The notes under the pieces: generated by a model | What the model saw: only the letters and a program-made list of their open reading frames with translations | Database searches by the model: none | Told to the model about the DNA's origin: nothing | Virus record (IMG/VR): IMGVR_UViG_3300030090_003001 | Span: 1 to 57,770 of that record | Source of the DNA: a virus | Taxonomy: Duplodnaviria > Caudoviricetes | Reading direction: 5' to 3' (one strand) | DNA: 57,770 nucleotides | Shown here: positions 7,064 to 17,675 of the stretch, in pieces | Layout: each line of letters begins with the position of its first letter | How positions within the stretch are numbered: the stretch's first letter is position 1 | Position numbers and translations under genes: made by a program

Positions 7064-9342
7064 TGGCAACTAAGAATAAAAGAGCTGAAGAAATACACAA
7101 TTTATTTTTAAGACTAAATGGTCAAAACAGACAATCTTGGGAAGCAGCAAATCAAAAAGGACACGATTATTTTTTAGATAATCAAATGTCAGCTGAAGAA
7201 GAAAAAGCTTTGTCTGACCAAGGTATGCCTACATTTACTATTAATAGGATAATCCCAATAGTAGAAATGTTGGTATTTTATGCTACAGCAAATGACCCTA
7301 GATGGCAAGCAGTTGGCGTTGAAGGTTCTGATTCTACAATGGCTGCAGTACATAACGATATAGCTGATTATATTTGGCATAGAAGTCACGGTAAATCAAT
7401 TATGCATCAAGTCGTACAAGACGCTTGCACAAAAGGTTTAGGTTATATGCAAGTTTATGTAGACCCTAATGATGACCAAGGGTTAGGTGAAGTAAAACTT
7501 AGATGTTTAGAACCTTTTGATGTTTTTGTTGACCCTCAATCTAGAGACCCTTTATTTAGAGATGCTGGGTTTATTATGATACAAAAAATTCTACCTAGAC
7601 AACAGCTTATTAATATAATACCAGAAGCTGAAAACAAAATTAAAAAAGCCAATTCTCAATATCCTAATCATATGAGCTTAACAGAAAAAGCAGCAAGTAA
7701 TGATTTTCAATATAAAGATATAAATGAAAACTTTAGCCCTCTTGGTGAAGATGAGTTAATGATTGATTATTATGAGTTGTACGAAAAGGTATCTTTAGAA
7801 TACTATAATGTGACTTACAGAATAGAGCCATCTGATGAAGAAATTGCTGTTATGGGAAGAGAAGCAGACCAAGCCTTAGTTGCACAAAGAAAAGAATTAG
7901 AAGTTAGCCTTAAAGAACAAATACTACAAATACAACAACAAGCTGAAGCTCAACAAATTATTCCAGAAAGAGCAGAGCTAGAAATAGCTAAAGCACAACA
8001 AACAATGGAGCAACAGTTAGAAGCAGCTAAAGAACAAATAAATCAAGAAATGATGGAAAAGGCTAGCGAAACTGTTAATAAGATTTTTACTAAAGAAGAA
8101 TTTAACATCCTTATGAAAGGTGAGTTGAAAAATAAAATTATTTCACAAGATAAGTTTTTTGAAAGTAAAATTAAGTTAACACTATGTATAGGTGACCAAT
8201 TAATATACGAACAATTTTTACCGGGAACAGATTACCCTATAGTGCCTTTTAACTACAAATGGACGGGAACACCTTACCCACTATCGGCAGTATCTCCTTT
8301 AGTAGGAAAGCAAATGGAGTTAAATAAGGCTCACCAATTAATGATACATAATGCATCTTTAGGTTCATCTTTAAGATGGATATATCAAGATGGTAGTGTG
8401 GATACTGATTATTGGGAAAAATTTGCCTCTGCTCCCGGTGCTTTATTACCAGTAAACAATGGTTATGAATATCCTAAAGAGGTTCAACCAGCACAACTGT
8501 CATCAGCCTTTGTTAATATGATTCAAATGGGTAAGGGCGATATGGAATATTTAGCTGGTATATATTCATCGCAGCAAGGAGATATGCAAGCTCAACACGA
8601 TACATATAAAGGTTTACTTGCAAACGATGAGTATGGAACTAGAAGAGTAAAGCAATGGGTAGAAGGTTATATTAAAATGGCTTTAGAACATTTAGGAAAT
8701 GTTGTTAAAGACTATGCTCAAGCTACCTATCAAATTCAAAAAGTATTTAGAATAGTGCAGCCAAATGCATTACAAGATGAAAAACAAACAGAAATAAATG
8801 TACCTATGTATAACGATTTTGGAGAGCAGATAGGTTTATTTAATGACTATGCCAACGCAAGATTTGATGTTAGAATTATTGCTGGTAACAGTTTGCCAGT
8901 TAACAGATGGGCATATTTAGGTGAGCTTAAAGAAATGTTACAATTAGGCGTTGTAGATGATTTGGCTGTATTAGCTGAAACAGATATTAAGAATAAAGAA
9001 AAAATTGCAGAAAGAAAATCATTATATTCTCAATTACAAGGTCAAATAGCAGACTTGGAGGAACAATTGAAAAATCAAACTGGTGCAGTAGAAACATTAG
9101 AAAGACAATTAGTACAAGCTGGAATTAAAGATAAAGTTAGACAAGTTGAACACGATATGCGTAAAAAACTTACAGATACAAGCGCTAGACTTAGAGGTGA
9201 TGCTGCAGTAAACAAAGCAAACCAAGACGCATATAATAGGCAGCTTAAAGAAGCTAACAAAAATCACGAAAAAGAACTATTGCAACAAAGAAAGACACAA
9301 ATGCAAAATAAACCTTTGGAAAATTCAGAGGAAAATAGTTAA
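7063..9342 (+). CDS. Portal protein (P22-like)
   Basis: TINRIIPIV, FDVFVDPQSRD, YPIVPF, FDVRIIAG motifs; C-terminal coiled coil; position after terL. Confidence 0.9.
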   Translation: MATKNKRAEEIHNLFLRLNGQNRQSWEAANQKGHDYFLDNQMSAEEEKALSDQGMPTFTINRIIPIVEMLVFYATANDPRWQAVGVEGSDSTMAAVHNDIADYIWHRSHGKSIMHQVVQDACTKGLGYMQVYVDPNDDQGLGEVKLRCLEPFDVFVDPQSRDPLFRDAGFIMIQKILPRQQLINIIPEAENKIKKANSQYPNHMSLTEKAASNDFQYKDINENFSPLGEDELMIDYYELYEKVSLEYYNVTYRIEPSDEEIAVMGREADQALVAQRKELEVSLKEQILQIQQQAEAQQIIPERAELEIAKAQQTMEQQLEAAKEQINQEMMEKASETVNKIFTKEEFNILMKGELKNKIISQDKFFESKIKLTLCIGDQLIYEQFLPGTDYPIVPFNYKWTGTPYPLSAVSPLVGKQMELNKAHQLMIHNASLGSSLRWIYQDGSVDTDYWEKFASAPGALLPVNNGYEYPKEVQPAQLSSAFVNMIQMGKGDMEYLAGIYSSQQGDMQAQHDTYKGLLANDEYGTRRVKQWVEGYIKMALEHLGNVVKDYAQATYQIQKVFRIVQPNALQDEKQTEINVPMYNDFGEQIGLFNDYANARFDVRIIAGNSLPVNRWAYLGELKEMLQLGVVDDLAVLAETDIKNKEKIAERKSLYSQLQGQIADLEEQLKNQTGAVETLERQLVQAGIKDKVRQVEHDMRKKLTDTSARLRGDAAVNKANQDAYNRQLKEANKNHEKELLQQRKTQMQNKPLENSEENS

Positions 9343-9380
9343 ATTAGAAGAATTATATTTTTAAACAAAGAGGAACAATA

Positions 9381-10322
9381 ATGGAAGAAACGACTGGCAA
9401 CTCAAACAATACTGAAGATAACAACTTCTTTGATGAAGTAGCTGATTCAGTAATGGATGACTCTGGTAATTTTTTTGATGATTTAGAAAAAGAAGTAAAT
9501 GGTGTTGTTTTTGATGACACCACGCAAGAAAATTCCAAAACGAATAAACAGAATGAGGTAACTCCCGAAGTGCAACAGACTATCGACCCCGGTACTGTTG
9601 TCAATGAGGACTCCGCTGTAAATGGTGGAATTGATTGGGATTCTGATACGAATCCATACAAGAAGAGATATAGTGACTCTTCTAGAGAAGCACAACAACT
9701 AAAAGCAAAAGTTGATGATTTAGGGCAATATGACGCAATTATTGATGTAATGAAAAAAGACCCAACATTAGTAGATAAAGTTAGAGACCATCTTCAAGGT
9801 GGTGGAAAACCTACAAGTGTTAAAGAAGCTTTTAAATTACCAGAAGATTTCGTTTTTGATGCTGACGAAGCATTAGGTAACCCTAATTCAGATTCTGCTA
9901 AAGTTTTTGATGCTTACATAGACAAAGCTGTACAGCAGCGTGTTGCACAAACAGAAGCTAGAGTTAATAATACTATAGCATCTGAAAACTCAAAAAGGCA
10001 AAATGCAGCTGAAGCAGAAGCTTGGAGAAAACAAAATAATATGAGCAAAGAAGATTTTGCTATTATGATGGATAAAGCTTCCCAACATACTATTAACTAT
10101 GATGACATTAATTTAATACTTAATGGCGCTGAAGTTAAAAAGAATGTAGCAAAAGGGACAAAAGCTAACATTAGAAAGCAAATGAATCAAGCTCGTAAAA
10201 ATGCTCCACCTACTGCAAGCGGAGTTGGCTCTATGGACACAAGTATGGATATAACTGAAGATGATAAAATCTTTAGTGCGTTGAAAAGTCTCGATAGTAC
10301 TGAAACTCTGTTTGACTCGTAG
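9381..10322 (+). CDS. Capsid scaffolding protein
   Basis: Acidic N-terminus, YKKRYSDSSREAQ, helical; sits between portal and MCP. Confidence 0.8.
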   Translation: MEETTGNSNNTEDNNFFDEVADSVMDDSGNFFDDLEKEVNGVVFDDTTQENSKTNKQNEVTPEVQQTIDPGTVVNEDSAVNGGIDWDSDTNPYKKRYSDSSREAQQLKAKVDDLGQYDAIIDVMKKDPTLVDKVRDHLQGGGKPTSVKEAFKLPEDFVFDADEALGNPNSDSAKVFDAYIDKAVQQRVAQTEARVNNTIASENSKRQNAAEAEAWRKQNNMSKEDFAIMMDKASQHTINYDDINLILNGAEVKKNVAKGTKANIRKQMNQARKNAPPTASGVGSMDTSMDITEDDKIFSALKSLDSTETLFDS

Positions 10323-10400
10323 ACATACATTACATATCGTCTATAAGTTAAGCAACTTAACATAAAACAAAACAGCCCTTAAAGGGCAAGGAGAGACGAT

Positions 10401-12008
10401 ATGTCCACATTATCATATAGTGGTCAAAGAAATCTAAGCAATGTAACTAATATTGATGGTGGTTCACCCAATACTGGTGAAATGCGTAGAAAATATAACT
10501 TTAGTGAAAAGTTCACAGAGTTATCAATTGACCAAACACCGTTTTTTAGATTAGTTTCTAAAATAGGTAAAAAACCAACCGATGACCCTCAATTCAAATA
10601 TACTGAAAAGAGACAATCTTGGCATAAAAGGTACGGATACTGTTTAGGTGATGGTTCTGCAACTGTTGTGACAAACATAGCAAGTGGTGGAACTGGAGCT
10701 TTAGCAGACGACCATACAGCAAATGCTGCAAAGTATTTGTATATGGCTACTGATTATGCATCACAAGGTAACATTCAAAACATAGTAGGCCAAACTGGCA
10801 AATCAATTGGTGCAGCTGGTACTAGACCAGAGTTCTACCTTAAAAAGCAAGTAATTAAAGTTAATTACTCAGCTACTGCGGGTGGAGAAATGGCTGGATA
10901 CGGTATGTTCCAAGTTGAAGAAGTTGTGCAAGGTTCTGTTTGTGCAGTCGCTGACGCTAGTTGTACAGTTGGTGATTTTAAAACAATAGCAGAATATGCT
11001 GCTTTATCATCACCAGACGCTACAAAATGGTACGAATGTTCAAGAATACTTGTGAGAGTTATCAATGAATTTCCAGCAACTGCATTCTTAACTACATATG
11101 ATGCTAATGGCGCTGAAATAGTTGCCGCATCATTAACTGGTGAAGATGGCGGAGTAGCTGGTGTTTCAATTTCAAACACTCTAGAAAATAGACGTTCATA
11201 CGTTGTAGGTACTAGTTATGAAGAAGGTTCAACTCTAATGGAAGAAAATTGGAGTGACCAGCCATACAGTACTGGATTTGGATATACTCAAATCTTTAGA
11301 ACTGAATTTGGTATGACTAATACTGCAAGAGCAACAGCTCTAAAATACGAGCCAAATGAATGGGCTAGATTATGGAGAGACAAGTTAGTAGAGCATAAAT
11401 ACGAAATAGAGCAAACTGCTTTATTTGGTAAAGCTGGTTCATACACTGGTGTAGGTGGTAGCACATACTACTCAACACAAGGTGCTGTGGATTATGTTCT
11501 TAATAACGGTAACTTGTTTAATATGAACTTAGACACTAAGAAGCAAGATGATTTCTTAGAGGATTTAAGCCAATTAATAGACCCTCGTTATAATAACTCA
11601 AAATCAATGATGTTCTTCTGCGATACAGCTACTTATAACTGGTTGCATAAAATGGGTGGATACTTCCAAAATAATTTGGAAATATCTCCAAACTATGCTG
11701 CTGATTTTTCAGTAACTGGTAAGAAGAAAGCATTTGGTATTGACTTTACTACTATCTCAACTGTATACGGTGACATTAATGTTGCTAGAAATATACACTT
11801 AGATGGAAGTGGTGTTAAAATACTAGGTGTTAATATGAGTTATGCAAAATGGAGACCTCTAATGGGTAACGGTATGAATAGAGACACATCAATTTATGTT
11901 GGTGTACAAGGTCTTGAAAATACTGGTACTGACAAAAGAGTCGATATGATACTAACAGAAGGCGGCTTCGAGTTTACAATGCCCGAATGTCACGCCTTAT
12001 GGAAATAG
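10401..12008 (+). CDS. Major capsid protein (HK97 fold, with large insertion)
   Basis: QTPFFRLVS, GYTQIFRT, KLVEHKYEIEQTALFG, FGIDFTTISTVYGDINV, DMILTEGGFE; strong RBS. Confidence 0.9.
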   Translation: MSTLSYSGQRNLSNVTNIDGGSPNTGEMRRKYNFSEKFTELSIDQTPFFRLVSKIGKKPTDDPQFKYTEKRQSWHKRYGYCLGDGSATVVTNIASGGTGALADDHTANAAKYLYMATDYASQGNIQNIVGQTGKSIGAAGTRPEFYLKKQVIKVNYSATAGGEMAGYGMFQVEEVVQGSVCAVADASCTVGDFKTIAEYAALSSPDATKWYECSRILVRVINEFPATAFLTTYDANGAEIVAASLTGEDGGVAGVSISNTLENRRSYVVGTSYEEGSTLMEENWSDQPYSTGFGYTQIFRTEFGMTNTARATALKYEPNEWARLWRDKLVEHKYEIEQTALFGKAGSYTGVGGSTYYSTQGAVDYVLNNGNLFNMNLDTKKQDDFLEDLSQLIDPRYNNSKSMMFFCDTATYNWLHKMGGYFQNNLEISPNYAADFSVTGKKKAFGIDFTTISTVYGDINVARNIHLDGSGVKILGVNMSYAKWRPLMGNGMNRDTSIYVGVQGLENTGTDKRVDMILTEGGFEFTMPECHALWK

Positions 12009-12017
12009 GGGGTAATT

Positions 12018-12248
12018 ATGGCTACTAAATACTGGATAGCAAACAACCCTAACGCTGAAGTAACAGATGCTCAATGCGTTGCACTTAAAGCTTTATCTAG
12101 CGCTGATTTATCAGAACTAGATGCATTAGCTAGTGCATTGCCTATGGCAGCTATAGCTGATTCAGACGCTACAACAGTAGGTGCATTGAAAGGTCATTTC
12201 AATGATTTATTGGCAAAGCTAAGAACAGCTGGTTTACTTTCATCGTAA
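12018..12248 (+). CDS. Head fibre/decoration protein
   Basis: C-terminal ADSDATTVGALKGHFNDLLAKLRTAGLL resembles the phage head-fibre motif. Confidence 0.7.
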   Translation: MATKYWIANNPNAEVTDAQCVALKALSSADLSELDALASALPMAAIADSDATTVGALKGHFNDLLAKLRTAGLLSS

Positions 12249-12270
12249 CCCTTAGTAAATAGTATGGCAA

Positions 12271-12309
12271 GTGGTCGACTTTGGTTCTCTGGTTCCTTAA
12301 GTCGGCCAC
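12271..12309 (+). terminator. Hairpin after the capsid genes (terminator or processing site)
   Basis: GTGGTCGACTT/AAGTCGGCCAC 11-bp stem; G-U pair works on the + strand. Confidence 0.55.
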
Positions 12310-12370
12310 AAAGCCTTTCACAATAACTGTTCCGCTCACGGTAACATAAACCTTAGGAAGGAAGAAAATT

Positions 12371-12733
12371 ATGGCTAGTAATTTAAGAAAATACACAGTC
12401 CAAGAAGCATTAAATGCCGCCTTAAATGATGGTGGTGATGCTCTTAAAATAGACGTAGACAACGTCACATTAAACGCTGATGAAATTAAAGTAGATTTAG
12501 ACCACGGAAATGATTCAGTACATATATACGGAGCTGACTCCGGAAACTCAGTTAGAAGTATACTTACACATACAGACGGTTCATTAATATTAAAAGCTGA
12601 TAGTGATATAGCGACTATGAAAGCTGACATAGCTTTAATGAAGGCAGATATAGATGCAATGAAAGCTACTACAGACAAACTTGACGCTTGTATCAATACT
12701 AGTACTAATAAACTAAATGTAAGTACATCGTAA
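12371..12733 (+). CDS. Hypothetical structural protein with heptad repeats
   Basis: MKADIA-type 7-aa repeats; AGGAAG RBS. Confidence 0.75.
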   Translation: MASNLRKYTVQEALNAALNDGGDALKIDVDNVTLNADEIKVDLDHGNDSVHIYGADSGNSVRSILTHTDGSLILKADSDIATMKADIALMKADIDAMKATTDKLDACINTSTNKLNVSTS

Positions 12734-12742
12734 GGGTAAAAT

Positions 12743-15064
12743 ATGCCAACTTTAGACGCACAAATAGAAGATGTGGTAGGCACAATACCCTCTGGAATTG
12801 ACACTGACACCTTATTAGCTGACGGATGTAAGGATATTATTAGAAGAATATCTTTAACAACACCAGAAGATTTATGGATGTTTACTACTAATAGTACAGT
12901 TCCAACTGCTGGATTGACTTTAGGTACATCAAAAATATATGATGTAACTAGAGATAATAAGCCTTGCACACCAATACAAGCTCAAAAAAGACATAGAGCA
13001 GCAGAATCAGATAGCATACATTATGCTACAGCAGAGTTTCCAGTTTATTATTTATTAAATGGTAAAGTATTTGTTTTACCTTCTCCCGGAACTACTGATG
13101 ATTATAGTGTTAGTTTGTTTGCAAGTTACGATAATGGGGCAAGAACTCAAATAACAACAACTGCAAATACATTTGCAAAAGGTGACTATATTACCATAGA
13201 GCAAGAGGACACTGAAAATCAAAATACATATTATGTAGGTCGCTACAGAATATATTATGTAATAGACAATACAAATTTTATAATAGATAGAAATTATGCA
13301 GCAGCGGCAACTACTGGATATACTTGCACGTTACCAACAGCTGCAGCAGATTATATACCTAACCATACCGTAGATGCAGATGACTCTGTAAATCCCGGTA
13401 TTATTAGTAATTTTCCACAAAACTATGTGCCACTGGTAGTATTATATGGGGCTATGGGTGTTCTTTTAAATAAGACTGCTGAATTACACGACTCGTTCCC
13501 ATCGCTTGTTCTCCCAGCAGCTCCTATAGTCCCAGATATTGATGTAGCTTCTGCTACTTTACCAACATATGAAGGTCCAGCATCATTTGTAACACCAGTA
13601 TCACCAAGCAATGTAGATATAGATTTTTCTGGCATTACTCCACCAGCTTATAGTGATATAGTATCACCTACAATGGAGTCTTTAAACTTTTCAGTAAGCA
13701 GCATAACAATAGATGCAGTACAGTTGAATGTTGAATTACCAGTAGCACCATCAATAGAAGATTTTAATAATGGAGAGGTTGATTTTTCTAGTATCGTTAG
13801 AGGTAAAGCTCCAGCTTATGTAAAGCCAGTTCTTACAATACCTCAATTTCCTAACATACCTAATTTAGAAAGCCCTCAACCTCCTCCAGTACCTAGTTTA
13901 CTAGCTTTTGATAGAGGAGCAATTACAGAGGCAAACAACAACATCCCTAATTACCCAGCACCAGTAATGCCACCTATAGACTTTGCGTCAGTAGATACTA
14001 GTATATTAGTAGATGAAGACCCAGAATTAGCTGGTGTAAAATTAAATAAAGTGCAATCACAAATAGCAGAATTTCAAGCACGTTCTGCAGATGCAATGAA
14101 TGTTTGGCAAGAAGAAATGTCTATTTATAAGGCAAAAATCGAACAAGCTGTGACAACAGCATCAAACACACTTTCTAGTGAAAATTCAGAAGTTCAAGCT
14201 ATGCTAACAAAATACCAAGCTGAACTAACATCTTATCAATCTGAGGCACAAGCAAAAGTATCTGATTGGACTAAAAATAATATAGAGCATAAATACACTA
14301 AATGGGTGGCTGAATGGCAAAATGCTTTAGGTCAATACCAATCTGAAATAACTAATGAATTAAACGTATTTCAAAAAGAAAATGCAGAATATCAAGCAGA
14401 AATGCAAAAAGCTATAACAGATTCGTCTAATAGATTGTCATCTGATAATAACAAAGCTAGCACAGCATTAAATAAGTATTCAGCAGAAGTAGCAGCCTAT
14501 CAAGCAAAAACGCAAGTAGCTGTTAATGAATGGCAGCAAAGAGTTGCACAAGTAGCATTACAAGAATTTACACAAAAAAGAGCAGATGAATTAGCAGAAT
14601 GGACAGCAATAAATTCTAATAAAATTCAACAATATGGAAGCGATATTACATCCTCAAAATCAAAATTTGATTCAGAATTTCAAATATATGCACAAAAGAT
14701 AAATCAAGCTATACAAACATATTCGGCAGAAACTGGGTATGATTTACAAAAATATCAAGCTGATGTACAAGCTGCATCTCAAGCTTTCACTACAGAAGCT
14801 CAAAAAAGAATAGAGGATTTTAAATCAAACTTAGAAAGATATAGTGCCGATATAGCAGCAGTAGGACAAAAAAATGCTGATAAACTTAATAAATACCAGC
14901 AAGAATTGTCTATGTATCAAGCTGAAAGTGGCAATGTAGTTAATAAATACAGTGCAAAAGTTCAGTCTAGCCAAGCAGAAATGCAATGGCTGTTAGACAG
15001 ATACGCTACTGTTAGTGCTAAATATGAAACTGGTTTCTTGGCACAACCTAAAAACGAACAATAA
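12743..15064 (+). CDS. Head-tail adaptor-like protein with long Pro-rich and helical-repeat extension
   Basis: N-terminal PVYYLLNGKVFVLPSP...FPQNYVPLVVLYGA adaptor pattern; YQAE/YSAE repeats in the C-terminal half. Confidence 0.6.
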   Translation: MPTLDAQIEDVVGTIPSGIDTDTLLADGCKDIIRRISLTTPEDLWMFTTNSTVPTAGLTLGTSKIYDVTRDNKPCTPIQAQKRHRAAESDSIHYATAEFPVYYLLNGKVFVLPSPGTTDDYSVSLFASYDNGARTQITTTANTFAKGDYITIEQEDTENQNTYYVGRYRIYYVIDNTNFIIDRNYAAAATTGYTCTLPTAAADYIPNHTVDADDSVNPGIISNFPQNYVPLVVLYGAMGVLLNKTAELHDSFPSLVLPAAPIVPDIDVASATLPTYEGPASFVTPVSPSNVDIDFSGITPPAYSDIVSPTMESLNFSVSSITIDAVQLNVELPVAPSIEDFNNGEVDFSSIVRGKAPAYVKPVLTIPQFPNIPNLESPQPPPVPSLLAFDRGAITEANNNIPNYPAPVMPPIDFASVDTSILVDEDPELAGVKLNKVQSQIAEFQARSADAMNVWQEEMSIYKAKIEQAVTTASNTLSSENSEVQAMLTKYQAELTSYQSEAQAKVSDWTKNNIEHKYTKWVAEWQNALGQYQSEITNELNVFQKENAEYQAEMQKAITDSSNRLSSDNNKASTALNKYSAEVAAYQAKTQVAVNEWQQRVAQVALQEFTQKRADELAEWTAINSNKIQQYGSDITSSKSKFDSEFQIYAQKINQAIQTYSAETGYDLQKYQADVQAASQAFTTEAQKRIEDFKSNLERYSADIAAVGQKNADKLNKYQQELSMYQAESGNVVNKYSAKVQSSQAEMQWLLDRYATVSAKYETGFLAQPKNEQ

Positions 15065-15088
15065 ACAAAATGTACAAAGGAGTAAAAA

Positions 15089-15514
15089 ATGGCAGATAGA
15101 TTAGATTATAAAGTTAGTGTAACTGCTGTAAAAGAGATTGCTGCCAGCGGTGAAAGTTTGGGGGCGTCTGTTTTATCTGCAGATATTAAAGGAAGTCTTG
15201 GTGGCGGCAATAGTAGCGGAACTTGGGCTGGTAATGATATAGCTGACTGGGCAGATGGTGTCCACACACATAAATCAAGTAATGGCGGCACAATAACAAC
15301 TGGAGCAAGTTGTAATGGTGTGTTTATCAAAAATACTGGATACAAAGTGTCAGATGGCACAGCATCAACATCGGTAGTTACATTAACAAGCAGTATAACA
15401 ATAGCATCTCTAAAGGCCGGTGAAGCAATATTTTTACCAAGTCCGGGCAATTTTACAATTACTTTATCAGATAGTTCAGATGCAGTTAAAGTAGAATACG
15501 CTATCTTTACTTAG
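15089..15514 (+). CDS. Hypothetical virion protein (beta-rich)
   Basis: AAGGAG RBS; G/S/T-rich. Confidence 0.75.
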   Translation: MADRLDYKVSVTAVKEIAASGESLGASVLSADIKGSLGGGNSSGTWAGNDIADWADGVHTHKSSNGGTITTGASCNGVFIKNTGYKVSDGTASTSVVTLTSSITIASLKAGEAIFLPSPGNFTITLSDSSDAVKVEYAIFT

Positions 15515-15522
15515 GAGAATAT

Positions 15523-15786
15523 ATGACAATAAAAGAGTTAATGGAATTAATAGGCGAAACTAGGTTTAACTTTGTTAAGAAAATGTTAGATGATGGTTTA
15601 AATGAAATACAACTTGTAACTAAAGAAAATATAACACAGTATACTACTAATTTAGTTGCGGATGAAGATGCATATAACTTACCATCAAATCTAGTTGAAG
15701 TTACAGATGTTAAAATTAAAGATGTTGATACTGACTATTTTATTCCAATACCAAGAGTAATAATAAAAGGTTATAGGGAGAAATAA
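15523..15786 (+). CDS. Adaptor-like protein, N-terminal half
   Basis: LDDGLNEI...NLVADEDAYNLPSNLVEVTDVKI. Confidence 0.55.
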   Translation: MTIKELMELIGETRFNFVKKMLDDGLNEIQLVTKENITQYTTNLVADEDAYNLPSNLVEVTDVKIKDVDTDYFIPIPRVIIKGYREK

Positions 15787-16202
15787 TGCCAATAATAGGT
15801 GGAACAGAAGTAAATAAACAGATAGACCAAAAGTATGCTTATTTTATTAGAGGTAGGCAACTTATTATAGTCCAATTTAAAGATGAGGTTAGTAAAGCTA
15901 ATAGTAGGGTAAATGAACCACATTATACAGCACCTAAAGAAAACATAACAAATGGATTAATGTTGGAATATACAGCTATTCCAGACACTTCAGAGCTATT
16001 ACAGTCATCAGATGTTATTCCAGTACACGACACATTAGCATTAGCATTAGTAGATTATTGCAAAGCACAATTATTAGACAGACCAGAAGATTTAAGGCAA
16101 CGTGAGCTGCATATGCAAAGATTTAGAGATAGGATAGCAAAATACACAGAAGCAAGAATAGGTGGATTAAAAAGAGTATTAGGAAATAACTTTTTGAGGT
16201 AA
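15786..16202 (+). CDS. Adaptor-like protein, C-terminal half
   Basis: YFIRGRQLII...LEYTAIP...SDVIPVHDTLALALVDYCKAQL. Confidence 0.55.
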   Translation: MPIIGGTEVNKQIDQKYAYFIRGRQLIIVQFKDEVSKANSRVNEPHYTAPKENITNGLMLEYTAIPDTSELLQSSDVIPVHDTLALALVDYCKAQLLDRPEDLRQRELHMQRFRDRIAKYTEARIGGLKRVLGNNFLR

Positions 16203-16206
16203 ATAT

Positions 16207-16638
16207 ATGGCAATATGGAATAATAGAATAGATTCAAGTGTAACATCGTGGGGCCAAAAAGCTGGCACATCTGGAGGTAGCAGTTTATTAGGAGATTTTG
16301 ACCAATCTGCTTATAATGAAGGGCAATACACATCATCTTCAGAAGCATCATCTGGTTTAGTAGGGACAAAGTACTTTCTACTAGATGACAAAGAGTTTAA
16401 TTTTGGAACAGACACAGATTTTAGAATAGCTTATAATTCAACTGATGAATTATTTGAATTTAAAAGTAGAATGTTTGACAATTCATACGATAATGGTTAT
16501 CAAGACAATGTGGCGTTAGCTATCACCAAAAAAGGGTACTTAAAATTAAGAGACCAAGGTACTATATCGCTACCAACAACATCGAACACTGGTCAAATAG
16601 CTTTTACAAATAACAAGATATTTATATCACTTAACTAA
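16207..16638 (+). CDS. Hypothetical tail/fibre-associated protein
   Basis: ORF in the structural block. Confidence 0.7.
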   Translation: MAIWNNRIDSSVTSWGQKAGTSGGSSLLGDFDQSAYNEGQYTSSSEASSGLVGTKYFLLDDKEFNFGTDTDFRIAYNSTDELFEFKSRMFDNSYDNGYQDNVALAITKKGYLKLRDQGTISLPTTSNTGQIAFTNNKIFISLN

Positions 16639-16649
16639 AGGAGAATAAA

Positions 16650-17675
16650 ATGGCTCAATGGAAACAGATAATAACGGAGGCGAATAAAGTTACCGACTTG
16701 ACTGCGCCCACTTCTGATTTTTCAATGAACTCTAACAAAATTACCAATGTAACTGACCCAGCTGCTGACCAAGATGCAGCTACAAAAAAATATGTTGACG
16801 ATAATGTTAGTTCATTGGATACAGAAGCAATTCAAGACATAGTAGGAGCTATGTTTAGTGGCAATACAGAAACAAACATATCAGCTACTTACGAAGATGG
16901 TGACGGTACTATTGATTTAGTAGGAGAAATTGGTGCTACTGATATAGCTGGTTTTAAAACAGAAGAACAAATACAAGACATAGTTGGTGCTATGTTTTCA
17001 TCTAATACTGAAACAAGAATTTCAGCAACCTATCAAGATGGAGATGGAACTATAGATTTAGTCGTAGATGATATGACTGCTAACACTCAATTAACTACTG
17101 AAGAAGTTCAAGATATTGTTGGTGGAATGTTCTCTAGTAATACTGAAACAAATTGTACAGTATCATATCAAGATAGTGATGGAACAATTGATGTTGTTGT
17201 TAGCAATAATGATGTATCTGTTGCTAATCTTAAATCAGCATTAGCTGGCCCATTTGGCTCAAATCAAGTAACAATTGGTAGTAGTAATGATGTAGTAACT
17301 ATAGGGCAAAACTTGATTGTAACTGGAGACTTACAAGTATCTGGTTCTATGATAACAACAAGTACAGAAACACTAGAAATTGCTGATAATACAATGATAT
17401 TAAATTCAGATAAATCTGGAAGTGCTGATGTAGATGCTGGTATTATAGTAGAAAGAGGTGATGATGGTGACAACGCTTTACTCTTTTGGGACGAAGGTGT
17501 TGACAGATGGAAAGTTGGAACTAATGACAATGCTAATTTAACAACAACACCTACTATTACAGCAGATGTTGGATTAATAGAAATAAGCGGCTCATACACT
17601 AATAATAGTACTGCAGTTCCAATAGGACATTTACAATATCACAATGGCTCTTTGTATGTAAGAGTTGAAGATTAG
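16650..17675 (+). CDS. Fibre protein with three internal repeats
   Basis: KITNVTDPAADQDAATKKYVD fibre motif; 3 copies of TE.(I/V)QDIVG.MFS.NTET...Y.D.DGTID.V. Confidence 0.75.
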   Translation: MAQWKQIITEANKVTDLTAPTSDFSMNSNKITNVTDPAADQDAATKKYVDDNVSSLDTEAIQDIVGAMFSGNTETNISATYEDGDGTIDLVGEIGATDIAGFKTEEQIQDIVGAMFSSNTETRISATYQDGDGTIDLVVDDMTANTQLTTEEVQDIVGGMFSSNTETNCTVSYQDSDGTIDVVVSNNDVSVANLKSALAGPFGSNQVTIGSSNDVVTIGQNLIVTGDLQVSGSMITTSTETLEIADNTMILNSDKSGSADVDAGIIVERGDDGDNALLFWDEGVDRWKVGTNDNANLTTTPTITADVGLIEISGSYTNNSTAVPIGHLQYHNGSLYVRVED

